Below are positions 30,535 through 40,253 of a stretch of DNA of 64,000 bases, piece after piece. Source of the DNA: a virus; IMG/VR virus record IMGVR_UViG_3300028392_000036, positions 32,001 through 96,000 of that record. One strand, 5' to 3'. The translations under genes and the position numbers were made by a program. The number at the start of each line of letters is the position of its first letter. Positions within the stretch are counted from its first letter, which is position 1. Under the pieces are notes generated by a model. It was not told the origin of the DNA and did not search any database. It worked only from the letters and a program-made list of their open reading frames with translations.

Positions 30535-30852
30535 ATGTCTGTTAAAATAGAAGCCTCTGATTCCACGCTTCCGTCCCTTGACTCTCTTAAAACAACGGCT
30601 TTGCCCATGCACAAATTATATTTCGAATTGTCTAGTGTGGACACATGGTATACTATCATGCGAGAAGCACGAGCACAGTTTGGCAAGAACTGGCGTAGTC
30701 AGGCACACGTCAAACGGCGACTAGAACATGCCGCACTTTGGCGACTAAACGACCAAGCAGAACGTGTATGGTTTGAAGTGCCAGATCCTAAGTTTGGAAC
30801 CTGGATAGCAATTAAACATGCTGTTAGACAGGTTGAACCCACCGGTAAATAA
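30535..30852 (+). CDS. Hypothetical protein
   Basis: AAGGAAG RBS. Confidence 0.6.
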   Translation: MSVKIEASDSTLPSLDSLKTTALPMHKLYFELSSVDTWYTIMREARAQFGKNWRSQAHVKRRLEHAALWRLNDQAERVWFEVPDPKFGTWIAIKHAVRQVEPTGK

Positions 30853-30858
30853 TACTCT

Positions 30859-32415
30859 ATGATATTTGGTTTTAGCATCCTGGCCACAGCAATCTTACTC
30901 AGTTGCGTGGCCGCTTATTATTCTGTAGCAGGCTTAACAGCCATCTTCAGTGCGGCAACCATACCAGTTATCATCATGGGTGGCAGTCTAGAACTAGGCA
31001 AAATTGTGGCCACTGTATGGTTGCACAATAATTGGAAACGTGCTGGAATCTTGTTCAAAGCATATCTAGTGCCTGCGGTAGCGTTCCTAATGCTGTTGAC
31101 ATCAATGGGCATTTTTGGCTATCTCTCCAAGGCCCATTCAGATCAAAGCCTAGTGTCAGGTGATGCAGTAGCAAAGGTAGCAATCTACGATGAAAAGATC
31201 AAGATATCTCGTGACAATATTGAAGCCGACCGCCGGGCACTTAAACAGATGGATGAGGCTGTGGACCAAGTTATGGGCCGATCAGCAGATGAAAAAGGTG
31301 CCGACAAAGCAGTTGCAATACGAAGAGGCCAGCAACGAGAACGGTCTAGGATACTTGCTGACATCGAAGCCGAACAGAAAAAGATTACTGGTCTTAATGA
31401 AGAACGGGCGCCATTAGCGGCCGAGTTCCGCAAGGTTGAGTCAGAAGTAGGACCAATCAAGTACATTGCGGCCTTGGTGTATGGCGACAATCCTGACTCA
31501 AATGTACTAGAACGTGCTGTACGACTTGTGATCATCATGATTGTGCTGGTGTTTGACCCGCTAGCCCTTACCTTAATTCTAGCCGCCAACAAACAATTTC
31601 AATGGGCAAGAGAAGGCACCGGAGGCTTTGTACACGACGAGCCCAAGTACGATCCCGACAATGGTCCATTAACTGAGGACCAAATAGAACAAATAAAAGT
31701 GTCAGTGCCAGAACCACCCGATGATCCTATACCTTGCTACAAATGTGGTACACCATTGGTTGACGCTCCGGGCATTGGCCTGTTCTGCCCCAACAAGGAA
31801 TGTGATGTTATAGACAATGTCAACGGTGAAGAACCTGTTAAGTTTGCACCAATTGAAATTGAATACAAGTTTGTAGACGAACACCACGAATCTGATTATG
31901 CTCCAGCCCTTCACGTGTACGATGATGAACGACTGGTATCAAAGTTTGACAAGATACAGGCGATTGAGCCACCAGACGATGAACTTGACGATGATGACGA
32001 TGACGAAATCAAGATTGCTATTAAAAAATGGAAGACTGCCAACCCTGATGATACCATAAAGAATCAACGCTACAAGTTTATGCGTGGAGAAATATCCGAA
32101 TTGCCTTGGATGGGACTTGTGGCTGATAACACAGGCGGTAGAGAAAGCCGCAGTGGTTTTGGTATTAGTTTCCCCGAAACTCCCAACAAAGGTGATACCT
32201 TTGTACGAGTAGACGTTATGCCTAGTGCGGTTTACAAGTACAACGGAACAAACTGGATGGCTGTTGACAAAAACCTAAGCGACAGTTATACTTACGACTC
32301 AGCTTATATAGAACACCTGATAGATAAAATAAGTACTGGTGAATATGATCCGGACTTGTTGAGTGATAGTGAACGTCAACAAGTAGCAAATTACTTACAA
32401 ACAAAACAATCCTAA
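30859..32415 (+). CDS. Membrane protein with coiled coil and acidic C-terminal region
   Basis: Three N-terminal TM helices, GYLSKAH, EVGPIKYIA, VFDPLA, CxxC..CxxxxC. Confidence 0.7.
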   Translation: MIFGFSILATAILLSCVAAYYSVAGLTAIFSAATIPVIIMGGSLELGKIVATVWLHNNWKRAGILFKAYLVPAVAFLMLLTSMGIFGYLSKAHSDQSLVSGDAVAKVAIYDEKIKISRDNIEADRRALKQMDEAVDQVMGRSADEKGADKAVAIRRGQQRERSRILADIEAEQKKITGLNEERAPLAAEFRKVESEVGPIKYIAALVYGDNPDSNVLERAVRLVIIMIVLVFDPLALTLILAANKQFQWAREGTGGFVHDEPKYDPDNGPLTEDQIEQIKVSVPEPPDDPIPCYKCGTPLVDAPGIGLFCPNKECDVIDNVNGEEPVKFAPIEIEYKFVDEHHESDYAPALHVYDDERLVSKFDKIQAIEPPDDELDDDDDDEIKIAIKKWKTANPDDTIKNQRYKFMRGEISELPWMGLVADNTGGRESRSGFGISFPETPNKGDTFVRVDVMPSAVYKYNGTNWMAVDKNLSDSYTYDSAYIEHLIDKISTGEYDPDLLSDSERQQVANYLQTKQS

Positions 32416-33629
32416 TGAAATCTAACGAATCAATCAACACTTGTAGTTTTTGCGGTAAACACAAAGATGCGGTGGCCAAACTCATAGTGGGCGAACAAGT
32501 TGCAATCTGCAACGAATGCGTAGAGCTCTGTGAGACCTTGCTTCACGATGAAAACATAATCAAACCCACAGAGGCCGTAGATCTTGACCCAGAGTTGATT
32601 AAAGAGCATTTGGATCAATATGTGATTGGTCAGGACCGAGCCAAGCAGGTGCTAAGTGTAGCAGTGGTCAATCACTACAAACGTATTACTAATCCCAGCC
32701 CTGAAGTAGAAGTCGAGAAGTGTAATATTCTCATGCTTGGTCCAACAGGCTCGGGCAAAACATTGTTGGCCAAGACTGTGGCACGTTATCTAGATGTGCC
32801 ATTTGTTATTGCAGATGCTACCAGCTTGACCGAAGCCGGTTATGTGGGTGATGACGTAGAAAGTTTAATTTCTAGATTATTTGCGGCCGCAGGCGGCGAC
32901 ATTGCTAAAACCCAACGTGGTATTGTGTTCATTGACGAAATTGATAAAATTAGCCGTCGTAGCGAGAGTGCCAGTATCACCCGAGATGTATCCGGAGAAG
33001 GCGTCCAACAGGCCTTGCTTAAATTGGTAGAAGGTACCAAGTGCAGAGTCACTCCCACAGGAAGTCGCAAGCATCCTTCAGGGGACATGATTGAGATCGA
33101 TACCACCAACATCTTGTTTATTGCAGGCGGTGCGTTTGTTGGCTTGGACAATGTGGTTAAAAATCGTGTACAGGGAACCAGTATTGGTTTTGGTGCTAAA
33201 ATTAAAAATGACGCCATAACACATTTGGATCAAACTACCCCTGAAGATTTGATCAAGTTTGGTATGATTCCAGAGTTTGTGGGACGTTTTCCTAGTTGGG
33301 TAGCACTTAGCGAACTTAACAAAGAAGATTTAATCCGTATTTTGCTAGATGTCAAACACAGTTATATAGAACAGTATAATTGGTTGTTTGGGCAGGACAA
33401 AGTAGAACTAGAATTCTCATCCGACGCCTTGGAAATGATTGCAGATCGCACTATTCTAAACAAAACTGGCGCCCGAGGTTTGCATAGCGAACTAGAACGT
33501 GTGCTATTACCCCATATGTTCTATTTGGCCCGTTATCGTAGAGAAGGTATTAACCACGTGTTTATTGACGCAGATCAGGTAAATACTCCTACAGAATTAA
33601 AGGAAGCCAATGCAAAAGCTCAGGGGTAG
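32415..33629 (+). CDS. clpX: ATP-dependent Clp protease ATPase ClpX
   Basis: CSFC/CNEC zinc domain, [19 protein letters not shown] loop, GARGL. Confidence 0.96.
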   Translation: MKSNESINTCSFCGKHKDAVAKLIVGEQVAICNECVELCETLLHDENIIKPTEAVDLDPELIKEHLDQYVIGQDRAKQVLSVAVVNHYKRITNPSPEVEVEKCNILMLGPTGSGKTLLAKTVARYLDVPFVIADATSLTEAGYVGDDVESLISRLFAAAGGDIAKTQRGIVFIDEIDKISRRSESASITRDVSGEGVQQALLKLVEGTKCRVTPTGSRKHPSGDMIEIDTTNILFIAGGAFVGLDNVVKNRVQGTSIGFGAKIKNDAITHLDQTTPEDLIKFGMIPEFVGRFPSWVALSELNKEDLIRILLDVKHSYIEQYNWLFGQDKVELEFSSDALEMIADRTILNKTGARGLHSELERVLLPHMFYLARYRREGINHVFIDADQVNTPTELKEANAKAQG

Positions 33630-33834
33630 ATCAGTACTGGTTCAAGACGGCAATGTAGACAAAGCTCTACGCAAGTTCAAAAAGAAGATCCAAGAAACAG
33701 GACTGCTGAACGAACTCCGTGACCGTGAATTCTATACCAAACCCACCACAGCTCGCAAACTCAAGGCATCGGCCGCACGTAATCGTTGGCGCAAGAAACT
33801 CAACGAACAGGCTTTGCCAAAGAAACTTTACTAG
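33610..33834 (+). CDS. rpsU: 30S ribosomal protein bS21
   Basis: ALRKFKKK..G...E.R.REFYTKP...RK signature. Confidence 0.9.
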   Translation: MQKLRGRSVLVQDGNVDKALRKFKKKIQETGLLNELRDREFYTKPTTARKLKASAARNRWRKKLNEQALPKKLY

Positions 33835-33864
33835 ACTAATTCTTTCGTGTATAATAAATAACAA

Positions 33865-33927
33865 TGTAGTGCCGATGGTCGGGCTACACAACAAGTCATC
33901 TTGCTTATATAAAGGAGAAAACAAATG
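33865..33927 (+). promoter_or_regulatory. ROSE-like RNA thermometer in the hsp20 5' UTR
   Basis: Hairpin TGTAG..CCGA-TGG-TCGG..CTACA, then UCUUGCUU pairing with AAGGAGA with bulged G. Confidence 0.65.
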
Positions 33928-34377
33928 ACAAAAACTCTCACCCTTCGTTCTTTCGATATTCCCGCACTTCACAAATTTGGTATCGGTTTCGATAACATGT
34001 TTGATGATCTCATGCGTGTGAGTACTCAGCAGTCTACTTCAAACTACCCACCCTACAACATTGTGCAAATCAATGAAGATGAGTACATGATCAGTCTTGC
34101 TGTGGCCGGCTTTGGGCTTGATAATCTTTCAGTTACCAAGGACAAAAAGTTCTTGATCATTGAAGGCAAAGAGTATCACCCTGACAGTGAAAAGATTGAG
34201 CCAAACTACTTGCACAAAGGTATCAGCAACAGAGATTTCCGCAGAGAATTCCAACTTGCAGATCACGTGGAAATCAGTAATGCACACCTTGAACTTGGTA
34301 TCTTGAGCGTTCACTTAAAGCGTGAAGTGCCAGAAGACGCCAAACCAAAGACTATTGCTATCACCTACACAGTGTAA
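33925..34377 (+). CDS. Small heat-shock protein (IbpA-like Hsp20)
   Basis: IGFD, NYPPYNI, AVAGF, YLHKGIS.R.F, GIL, IxI tail. Confidence 0.95.
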   Translation: MTKTLTLRSFDIPALHKFGIGFDNMFDDLMRVSTQQSTSNYPPYNIVQINEDEYMISLAVAGFGLDNLSVTKDKKFLIIEGKEYHPDSEKIEPNYLHKGISNRDFRREFQLADHVEISNAHLELGILSVHLKREVPEDAKPKTIAITYTV

Positions 34378-34433
34378 TATAATAGTAAATACAGTGGGGG
34401 CGTGGTGCCCCTGCTGAACAACAAGGAACTGAA

Positions 34434-34745
34434 ATGGCGCAAAGCGATACAAGAACACGAATTAAACCTGCCGAAGACTTTAAAGAACCACCAATGTACC
34501 GTGTTGTATATCTTAATGATAATCAAACAACATACGAATTTGTGGTCGAAACGCTGATAGAGTATTTTGACTATACCGCAGACACAGCACACACTATCAC
34601 GACAGATATTCATGATGCTGGATCAGCCTGTGTGGCAGTATTACCTTATGAAATTGCCGAACAAAAAGGCATTGAAATAACCATGCAAGCCCGAGCTCAA
34701 AACTATCCATTGCAAATCAGAGTCGAGCCCGAAGGCGCAGTTTAA
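34434..34745 (+). CDS. clpS: ClpS N-end-rule adaptor
   Basis: PPMYRVVYLND..T.EFVV, IH..G, EIAEQK, YPL. Confidence 0.9.
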   Translation: MAQSDTRTRIKPAEDFKEPPMYRVVYLNDNQTTYEFVVETLIEYFDYTADTAHTITTDIHDAGSACVAVLPYEIAEQKGIEITMQARAQNYPLQIRVEPEGAV

Positions 34746-35533
34746 AATTCTATAACAATTCGTTGGGGATAATATACAGATCGAGAATACGGTGTATCTC
34801 CCCTGCCTCGACAGTTATTTACAAAGCGTATTCCTGATCTAGTTTGGTCTATTGAGCCGTGATAGTGACCAAAGCACCAGGTGTGTAGTTTGTTTTCGAT
34901 GTCGGCTGCCATGGCCTGCATCATGACTCTGTTGCCCATAACGTTAAATCTCATGGTACCGTCCAGTTCAATGTCGTGTGCAATTAGCGCAGGATCGGGC
35001 ACAGTATGAGTAATCATTACAATCTTTTTAACATCTTTATGAGTTTGCAATTTGGCCACACTAGAGATCATATAAGTGGCATCGGTGTTGCTCATTCGAG
35101 CAATACCTTTGGTAGCACTCTCGCTTAGGTGATATTTTTCTCTACACCATTGTGCAGCCTGTTCGGGATCAATCCCAAGGTCAAAGTCAAATCCCCACCA
35201 GCCGTTGGTACCCAAAATAGCCACACCGTCCACAATGACCACGTTGTCTTGGAGGTAAACAACATTGGGAATACGACGCAGGCGTTGAGCAAGATCGGTA
35301 TAACTGTATCCTAAATCCTCCAATTGTCCAAAGTGTTCATCGTTGCCGTCGATGTAAAACACCGCTTGGTAACACTTGCCCAGATGTTTAAGGGTTTGAA
35401 CCACAAGATCTCGATCACGGCAGATATCTCCTGCTACCACGCATACAGGACTGGTGGCCTGGTATCCCCAGTCAAACTCCCCTGCCCAGGTTTCGAGATG
35501 TAAATCAGAAATTAAATCAAATGCTAAACTCAT
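34742..35533 (-). CDS. Calcineurin-like metallophosphoesterase
   Basis: SDLH, AGD, GNDEH, TH, GHYH. Confidence 0.85.
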   Translation of the reverse strand: MSLAFDLISDLHLETWAGEFDWGYQATSPVCVVAGDICRDRDLVVQTLKHLGKCYQAVFYIDGNDEHFGQLEDLGYSYTDLAQRLRRIPNVVYLQDNVVIVDGVAILGTNGWWGFDFDLGIDPEQAAQWCREKYHLSESATKGIARMSNTDATYMISSVAKLQTHKDVKKIVMITHTVPDPALIAHDIELDGTMRFNVMGNRVMMQAMAADIENKLHTWCFGHYHGSIDQTRSGIRFVNNCRGRGDTPYSRSVYYPQRIVIEF

Positions 35534-35557
35534 GATACATATTTAAAAGGAAATGCA

Positions 35558-35914
35558 ATGAACATAATATTTGGCGACTCTCTCAATCTCATACCTGATC
35601 AATATACCGTTCTAGAATTAGATACGTTTCGTTCTACAGGACAAGTTGAAACAAAAACAGCATATTGTCTAGTCGAAAAAGTGGCAGTAGACGAATTTGT
35701 TACTATGGAGTCTTACAAACAGATTCATGCTGATGTTATCAAGTACTATAAACAGCGTCACTGGAATTATTGTGAACAAGCAATACAAGGACTTATGGGA
35801 AGATGGGGCGGAGAATTAGATAGTTTTTACACAGACTTACTTGGGCGTGTGGCTAGTTATAAATTAAAAGAACCCCCTGATGATTGGGACGGTGTAAGAA
35901 TTAAAATTGATTAA
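35558..35914 (+). CDS. Hypothetical protein resembling the C-terminal TPR-like tail of adenylate cyclases
   Basis: ELD, Y.QR.W..C, PPDDWDGV terminus. Confidence 0.45.
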   Translation: MNIIFGDSLNLIPDQYTVLELDTFRSTGQVETKTAYCLVEKVAVDEFVTMESYKQIHADVIKYYKQRHWNYCEQAIQGLMGRWGGELDSFYTDLLGRVASYKLKEPPDDWDGVRIKID

Positions 35915-37127
35915 TTATTAGTGTATGTCGCTGGGTCAACTGTTCCATTGCTAATTTAAAATTTTCTCGGTATTCATTGATGATCGAACTTTGCCATTCA
36001 GTTGAAAAAAACAATTCTTGATTGTAGCGAGCAATCTCTCGCAGGTCAGCATAGAGTTTTTGTTTTTCTGTTGAGCCTAAACTAGCAATGCGTTGCAATT
36101 CAGTAACCACTGCACATAATCGGTCTGCAGGATCTAGGATTGTGTCATATGTCTCGATTATGATCGGATCAAATGTTTTAAATCCATACTGACGAAGGTA
36201 CTCAAGACTACCCATAGTAGATACCAATATAAACGGATGTCCGCAGGCGATAGGTCTTAGTATTTTTTCAGTCAATTGCAGTCGATCGTCATCAAATAAT
36301 GTTTCTAAAACAACTTCTAGTTCGGTACTCTGGTAGTCAATTGAGTTGTAATTTGCACTGGCTGAACTAGGGGTATCATTGTAAAAAAAGTATTTCTCAA
36401 GATCTTGACGTTGTATCTGTAAAGCAGGATTTTGAAATCGATGTTGTCGATAGTCGCCCGAATCATCACTATTAAACCCCATGATACAATGCTCAGACAA
36501 TTGATTGTCCACTAGTAATTCAGCAAATTTCAAACGATATTCCCTGGTGCCGCTCCAGGCACGATTGTATATCAAAAAGTCTTTTTTTGGTGCACGATTT
36601 TTTAACAAACAATCGTGTTCGGCATATCTAAACCAATCTCTTGCAATTATAGCATGGCACCACCAGTACACTCCAATAAAGTCTATATTTTCGTATCTTT
36701 GTAAATTTCGTGAACGTTGCTCAGAGTGTACCAATAGTACCGGTATTTTCCACAAGTCATCGCGCATCTCTACTACTTTAATGTTTAACTCTGGCATTTG
36801 TAACATTAACAAACTTTTGTACATCTCTATTAGGTATTCATCGGATAAGCCAACACGATTCTGTTGAACCAATTGATCAACAAACTCAACAGTTGAATAC
36901 AAGTCAAAATTTAACGGCTCTTGATCGTGCATAAACACGTATTTTTTATTCACGACATCTTTGACTGGAGTTGTCCAGTTTTCTAATTGCACACGAGCAG
37001 AAGGCACTAGTTTTCTAAGATCTGTGATTTTTTTTGACCCATGTGGGAAAAACCGATAAATTATTAGATCATCACGACTTGCAATGTCTTGCAAAAAATT
37101 GTATAATCTATCTAAAGGAACACTCAT
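35901..37127 (-). CDS. Putative glycosyltransferase-like protein
   Basis: VVLETLF..LTEKILRPIACGHPF..L.YLRQYGFKTF..E.YD motif; start MSVPLD. Confidence 0.55.
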   Translation of the reverse strand: MSVPLDRLYNFLQDIASRDDLIIYRFFPHGSKKITDLRKLVPSARVQLENWTTPVKDVVNKKYVFMHDQEPLNFDLYSTVEFVDQLVQQNRVGLSDEYLIEMYKSLLMLQMPELNIKVVEMRDDLWKIPVLLVHSEQRSRNLQRYENIDFIGVYWWCHAIIARDWFRYAEHDCLLKNRAPKKDFLIYNRAWSGTREYRLKFAELLVDNQLSEHCIMGFNSDDSGDYRQHRFQNPALQIQRQDLEKYFFYNDTPSSASANYNSIDYQSTELEVVLETLFDDDRLQLTEKILRPIACGHPFILVSTMGSLEYLRQYGFKTFDPIIIETYDTILDPADRLCAVVTELQRIASLGSTEKQKLYADLREIARYNQELFFSTEWQSSIINEYRENFKLAMEQLTQRHTLIINQF

Positions 37128-38366
37128 ATGAAAAAAATTGGATTTATTGGTATCGGCAAACTGGGACTTGATTGTGCCGAAGTTATGGCAGAGAAGCATG
37201 AAGTCAGAGGCTACGATATTTACCCACGAGTCAGCGACTCAGTAAAAGTTTGCGATATTGACGAATTGGTCAATGAAAGCGAATGGATTTTTATTGCAGT
37301 ACCCACCCCACACGCAGAAGGCTACGATGGCTCAGTGCCAAGCTCGCATATGGAACCTCGAGACTTTGGCCACGATGCTGTGATTGATGCCATTAACAAA
37401 GTTAATCAACATGCCAAGAGTCCTAAAAAGGTTGTGTTAATCTCTACAGTGCTTCCTGGTACCACACGTACCAAGTTTGTTCCTCTACTAGACAAGCAAC
37501 ATCAGTTTTTGTACAATCCTTACCTGATCGCCATGGGCTCAGTCAAGTGGGATATGGCCAATCCTGAAATGGTTATTATTGGTACAGAAGACGGTGAGCT
37601 CACAGGTATTGCAGGCGAATTGATTGAATTGTACAAAACAATAATGAACAACGATCCACGATATGAAATTGGCACCTGGGACGAATGTGAAGCTATCAAG
37701 ATTTTCTACAACACATACATCAGTGCCAAAGTTGGTATTGTTAATATGATCCAAGATTTTGCCATGAAGATTGGCAATATCAATGTTGATGTTGTTACCA
37801 ATGCATTGGCTCGCTCAACAATGAGATTGCAAGGTCCCAAGTATATGACAGCAGGTATGGGCGATGCTGGCGCTTGCCACCCGCGTGACAATATTGCACT
37901 GCGTTGGTTGGCAGAACGCTATGAAATAGGCTATGATTTGTTTGACACAATTATGCATGCTCGTGAAATCCAAGCTAAAAACTTGGCCCTGTTCCTTGTA
38001 GAACAAGCCAAACAAAATGGTATGAGTGTTGTGATTCACGGCAAAGCATACAAACCTGATGTAGAATACTGTATTGGTTCATACAGCACCTTGGTAGGAC
38101 ACTATGTTAAAGAAGCAGGATTTGGTGTAAGGTATATTGACCCAATAGCAGATGATTCTACTGAAGTTGTTTCGGAAATAGTTGGGCCAGCAGTCATACT
38201 ATGGGCACACAATCGCAAAATCACTTACGAATACACAGGCGAACAAAAAGATACTCAGGCCTATTGTGAAATCCCAAAAGGTAGTATTATCGTTGATCCA
38301 TGGCGCAAACTTCCACAGATTGAGAATTTGACTGTGGTACATTATGGCAACACCAGAAATTCTTAA
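37128..38366 (+). CDS. UDP-glucose/GDP-mannose dehydrogenase family protein
   Basis: GIGKLG, IAVPTP, STVLPGT, K..YN, GACHPRD catalytic Cys, AYKPD. Confidence 0.9.
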   Translation: MKKIGFIGIGKLGLDCAEVMAEKHEVRGYDIYPRVSDSVKVCDIDELVNESEWIFIAVPTPHAEGYDGSVPSSHMEPRDFGHDAVIDAINKVNQHAKSPKKVVLISTVLPGTTRTKFVPLLDKQHQFLYNPYLIAMGSVKWDMANPEMVIIGTEDGELTGIAGELIELYKTIMNNDPRYEIGTWDECEAIKIFYNTYISAKVGIVNMIQDFAMKIGNINVDVVTNALARSTMRLQGPKYMTAGMGDAGACHPRDNIALRWLAERYEIGYDLFDTIMHAREIQAKNLALFLVEQAKQNGMSVVIHGKAYKPDVEYCIGSYSTLVGHYVKEAGFGVRYIDPIADDSTEVVSEIVGPAVILWAHNRKITYEYTGEQKDTQAYCEIPKGSIIVDPWRKLPQIENLTVVHYGNTRNS

Positions 38367-38862
38367 ATATCATATTCCAAAGTTTTGGGATGATGAGTTT
38401 AAGAACCTTGTGTACGTAAATGAACAGTTCAATGACACAGTGAGTCTTGAACGTTGGGTTGCACAAGGCTATGCTAATAAGTTTACTGGGGACATGTGCG
38501 ACATGCGTAGCCCACAGCCCAGTTGGAATGAACGTTTTGTCAACATCTACACTGAACTAGGGTGGAAAGACATTGGCACCAGTTACTATAGAATGGGCAC
38601 TGGTACCATACTTCCCACACATGGCGACTTGTATCTTCGCTATGTTGACTTGTTCAACCTTCAAGGACAAGAACAACGCATACGCAGAGCCATTGTGTTT
38701 TTGGAAGACTGGAAACCTGGACATTATTTTGAAGGTAACAATGTTGCCAAGGTCAATTGGCGAGCAGGCGATGTTGTTGAATGGTGCTATGACGCACCAC
38801 ACTTGGCAGCCAACATGGGACTTGAGCCAAGATACACATTACAAATTACAGGATGGATATGA
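38344..38862 (+). CDS. 2OG-Fe(II)/Asp-hydroxylase-like oxygenase
   Basis: PTHGD, PHLAAN, RYTLQ. Confidence 0.75.
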   Translation: MATPEILKYHIPKFWDDEFKNLVYVNEQFNDTVSLERWVAQGYANKFTGDMCDMRSPQPSWNERFVNIYTELGWKDIGTSYYRMGTGTILPTHGDLYLRYVDLFNLQGQEQRIRRAIVFLEDWKPGHYFEGNNVAKVNWRAGDVVEWCYDAPHLAANMGLEPRYTLQITGWI

Positions 38863-39776
38863 TCAGTAGTTACGATGAGTGGAGTCCACTCAAAAAGATT
38901 GTGGTAGGAACAGCTACCAATGCCAATTGGCCAGTAAATGATCCGGTGTTCTCTAAAGAGAGTGAAAAAACTACCTGGAAAGAAACACCTGTTCCGAGTG
39001 GACCTGTGCCCCAGTGGATAATTGATGAAGCCAACCAAGACCTAGATGGCCTAGCAACGACCCTGATGAGCCTAGGCGTAGAAGTAGTGCGCCCAGATCC
39101 ACTCAACTTTCAAGCCCACGATGGCATGTATAATTATTGCCCACGCGACAGATTGCTGGTGCTTGGTAACACTATTGTAGATCCTGCCATGATGTACCCT
39201 TGTAGAGATATGGAACTACAGTGCTACCAGGACATAGTAGACAGTGCTGATCACTATTTGTTTATGCCACGAAATGAAGGACTAGTACTTGATGCTGCCA
39301 ACATACTACGCCTTGGTCCTAACAAACTGCTGTACCTAGAAAGTGCCAGTGGGAATAAAGAGGCATACTATTGGTTGTTGGCAAATCTGCCAACCAACAC
39401 TAGTATTGAACTATGCAATTTTTATTCAGGAGTGCATATTGATTCGACCATTGTGCCTTTGCGAGAAGGCCTGGTCATGCTCAATGCTAGTCGTGTAAAG
39501 TTTGATAATGTACCCCAGGTATTTGATGGCTGGCACAAGATCTGGGTAAACGATGTTGTTGCCCAAGATTTTTATCAGTACCCGTATGCATCAAAGTGGA
39601 TAGCAATGAATATGTTGGTGGTGGATCCACACACGGTCATATGCGACCGAAATCAACCCGAACTGATCAAAACACTCCAATCATATAAATTTGAAGTGAT
39701 TCCGCTAGAGTTGCGCCACAGCCGAACACTGGGCGGAGGATTTCATTGTGTTACACTGGATCTAGTGCGCGAATAG
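38859..39776 (+). CDS. Amidinotransferase (glycine/inosamine-phosphate type)
   Basis: EWSPL, CPRD, DAAN, HIDST, GGGFHCVTLDL catalytic Cys. Confidence 0.9.
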   Translation: MISSYDEWSPLKKIVVGTATNANWPVNDPVFSKESEKTTWKETPVPSGPVPQWIIDEANQDLDGLATTLMSLGVEVVRPDPLNFQAHDGMYNYCPRDRLLVLGNTIVDPAMMYPCRDMELQCYQDIVDSADHYLFMPRNEGLVLDAANILRLGPNKLLYLESASGNKEAYYWLLANLPTNTSIELCNFYSGVHIDSTIVPLREGLVMLNASRVKFDNVPQVFDGWHKIWVNDVVAQDFYQYPYASKWIAMNMLVVDPHTVICDRNQPELIKTLQSYKFEVIPLELRHSRTLGGGFHCVTLDLVRE

Positions 39777-39784
39777 AATTTGCG

Positions 39785-40192
39785 TTAGGTTGGAAATGGA
39801 ATGGTATTTGTTTCTTTAACCAGGCTAACAAATGTACCATCATCTTCTATTTCGACTATTTTAACATGGTACACACCTGGGTATCTAGGATTGTCTCCAT
39901 TGACAATCAACTCATAAAACTCATTCACCGCCTCAAGAGTGTTGAATGTAAAGGTACCTACAGCATAACGCAAGTCCGGGCTGCCGTTAATCTCCGCCGG
40001 ATAGACTGAATCCAATGGGCCCCAATAGCGATCAAATCCACCATTATCGATTACTTTTCGTCGAAATTCGTTATAAGCATTCCAATCGGGACGCTCTACG
40101 TCACGATCCTCGCCTATTCTAGTGCCCCAGTTCCAGCCCGCAGGTCCTGGAACAATTTCTGTATTTTCGGTTACTATAATTTGGTATTTCAT
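39785..40192 (-). CDS. Hypothetical protein
   Basis: ATG 5 nt after minus-strand TAAATA. Confidence 0.55.
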   Translation of the reverse strand: MKYQIIVTENTEIVPGPAGWNWGTRIGEDRDVERPDWNAYNEFRRKVIDNGGFDRYWGPLDSVYPAEINGSPDLRYAVGTFTFNTLEAVNEFYELIVNGDNPRYPGVYHVKIVEIEDDGTFVSLVKETNTIPFPT

Positions 40193-40218
40193 GCAAGTAT
40201 TTATCTCTGACAATAGAT

Positions 40219-40247
40219 TTGACATAAAATAGCAGATCGTTTATAAT
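40219..40247 (+). promoter_or_regulatory. sigma70 promoter giving a leaderless uvsE mRNA
   Basis: TTGACA-17-TATAAT, ATG 6 nt downstream. Confidence 0.8.
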
Positions 40248-40253
40248 AAACAC

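Noticed and set aside
30306-30545. 79-aa ORF from the track
   Set aside because: It starts at the TTG of the -35 box, has no RBS, and coincides with a strongly base-paired region better explained as RNA structure
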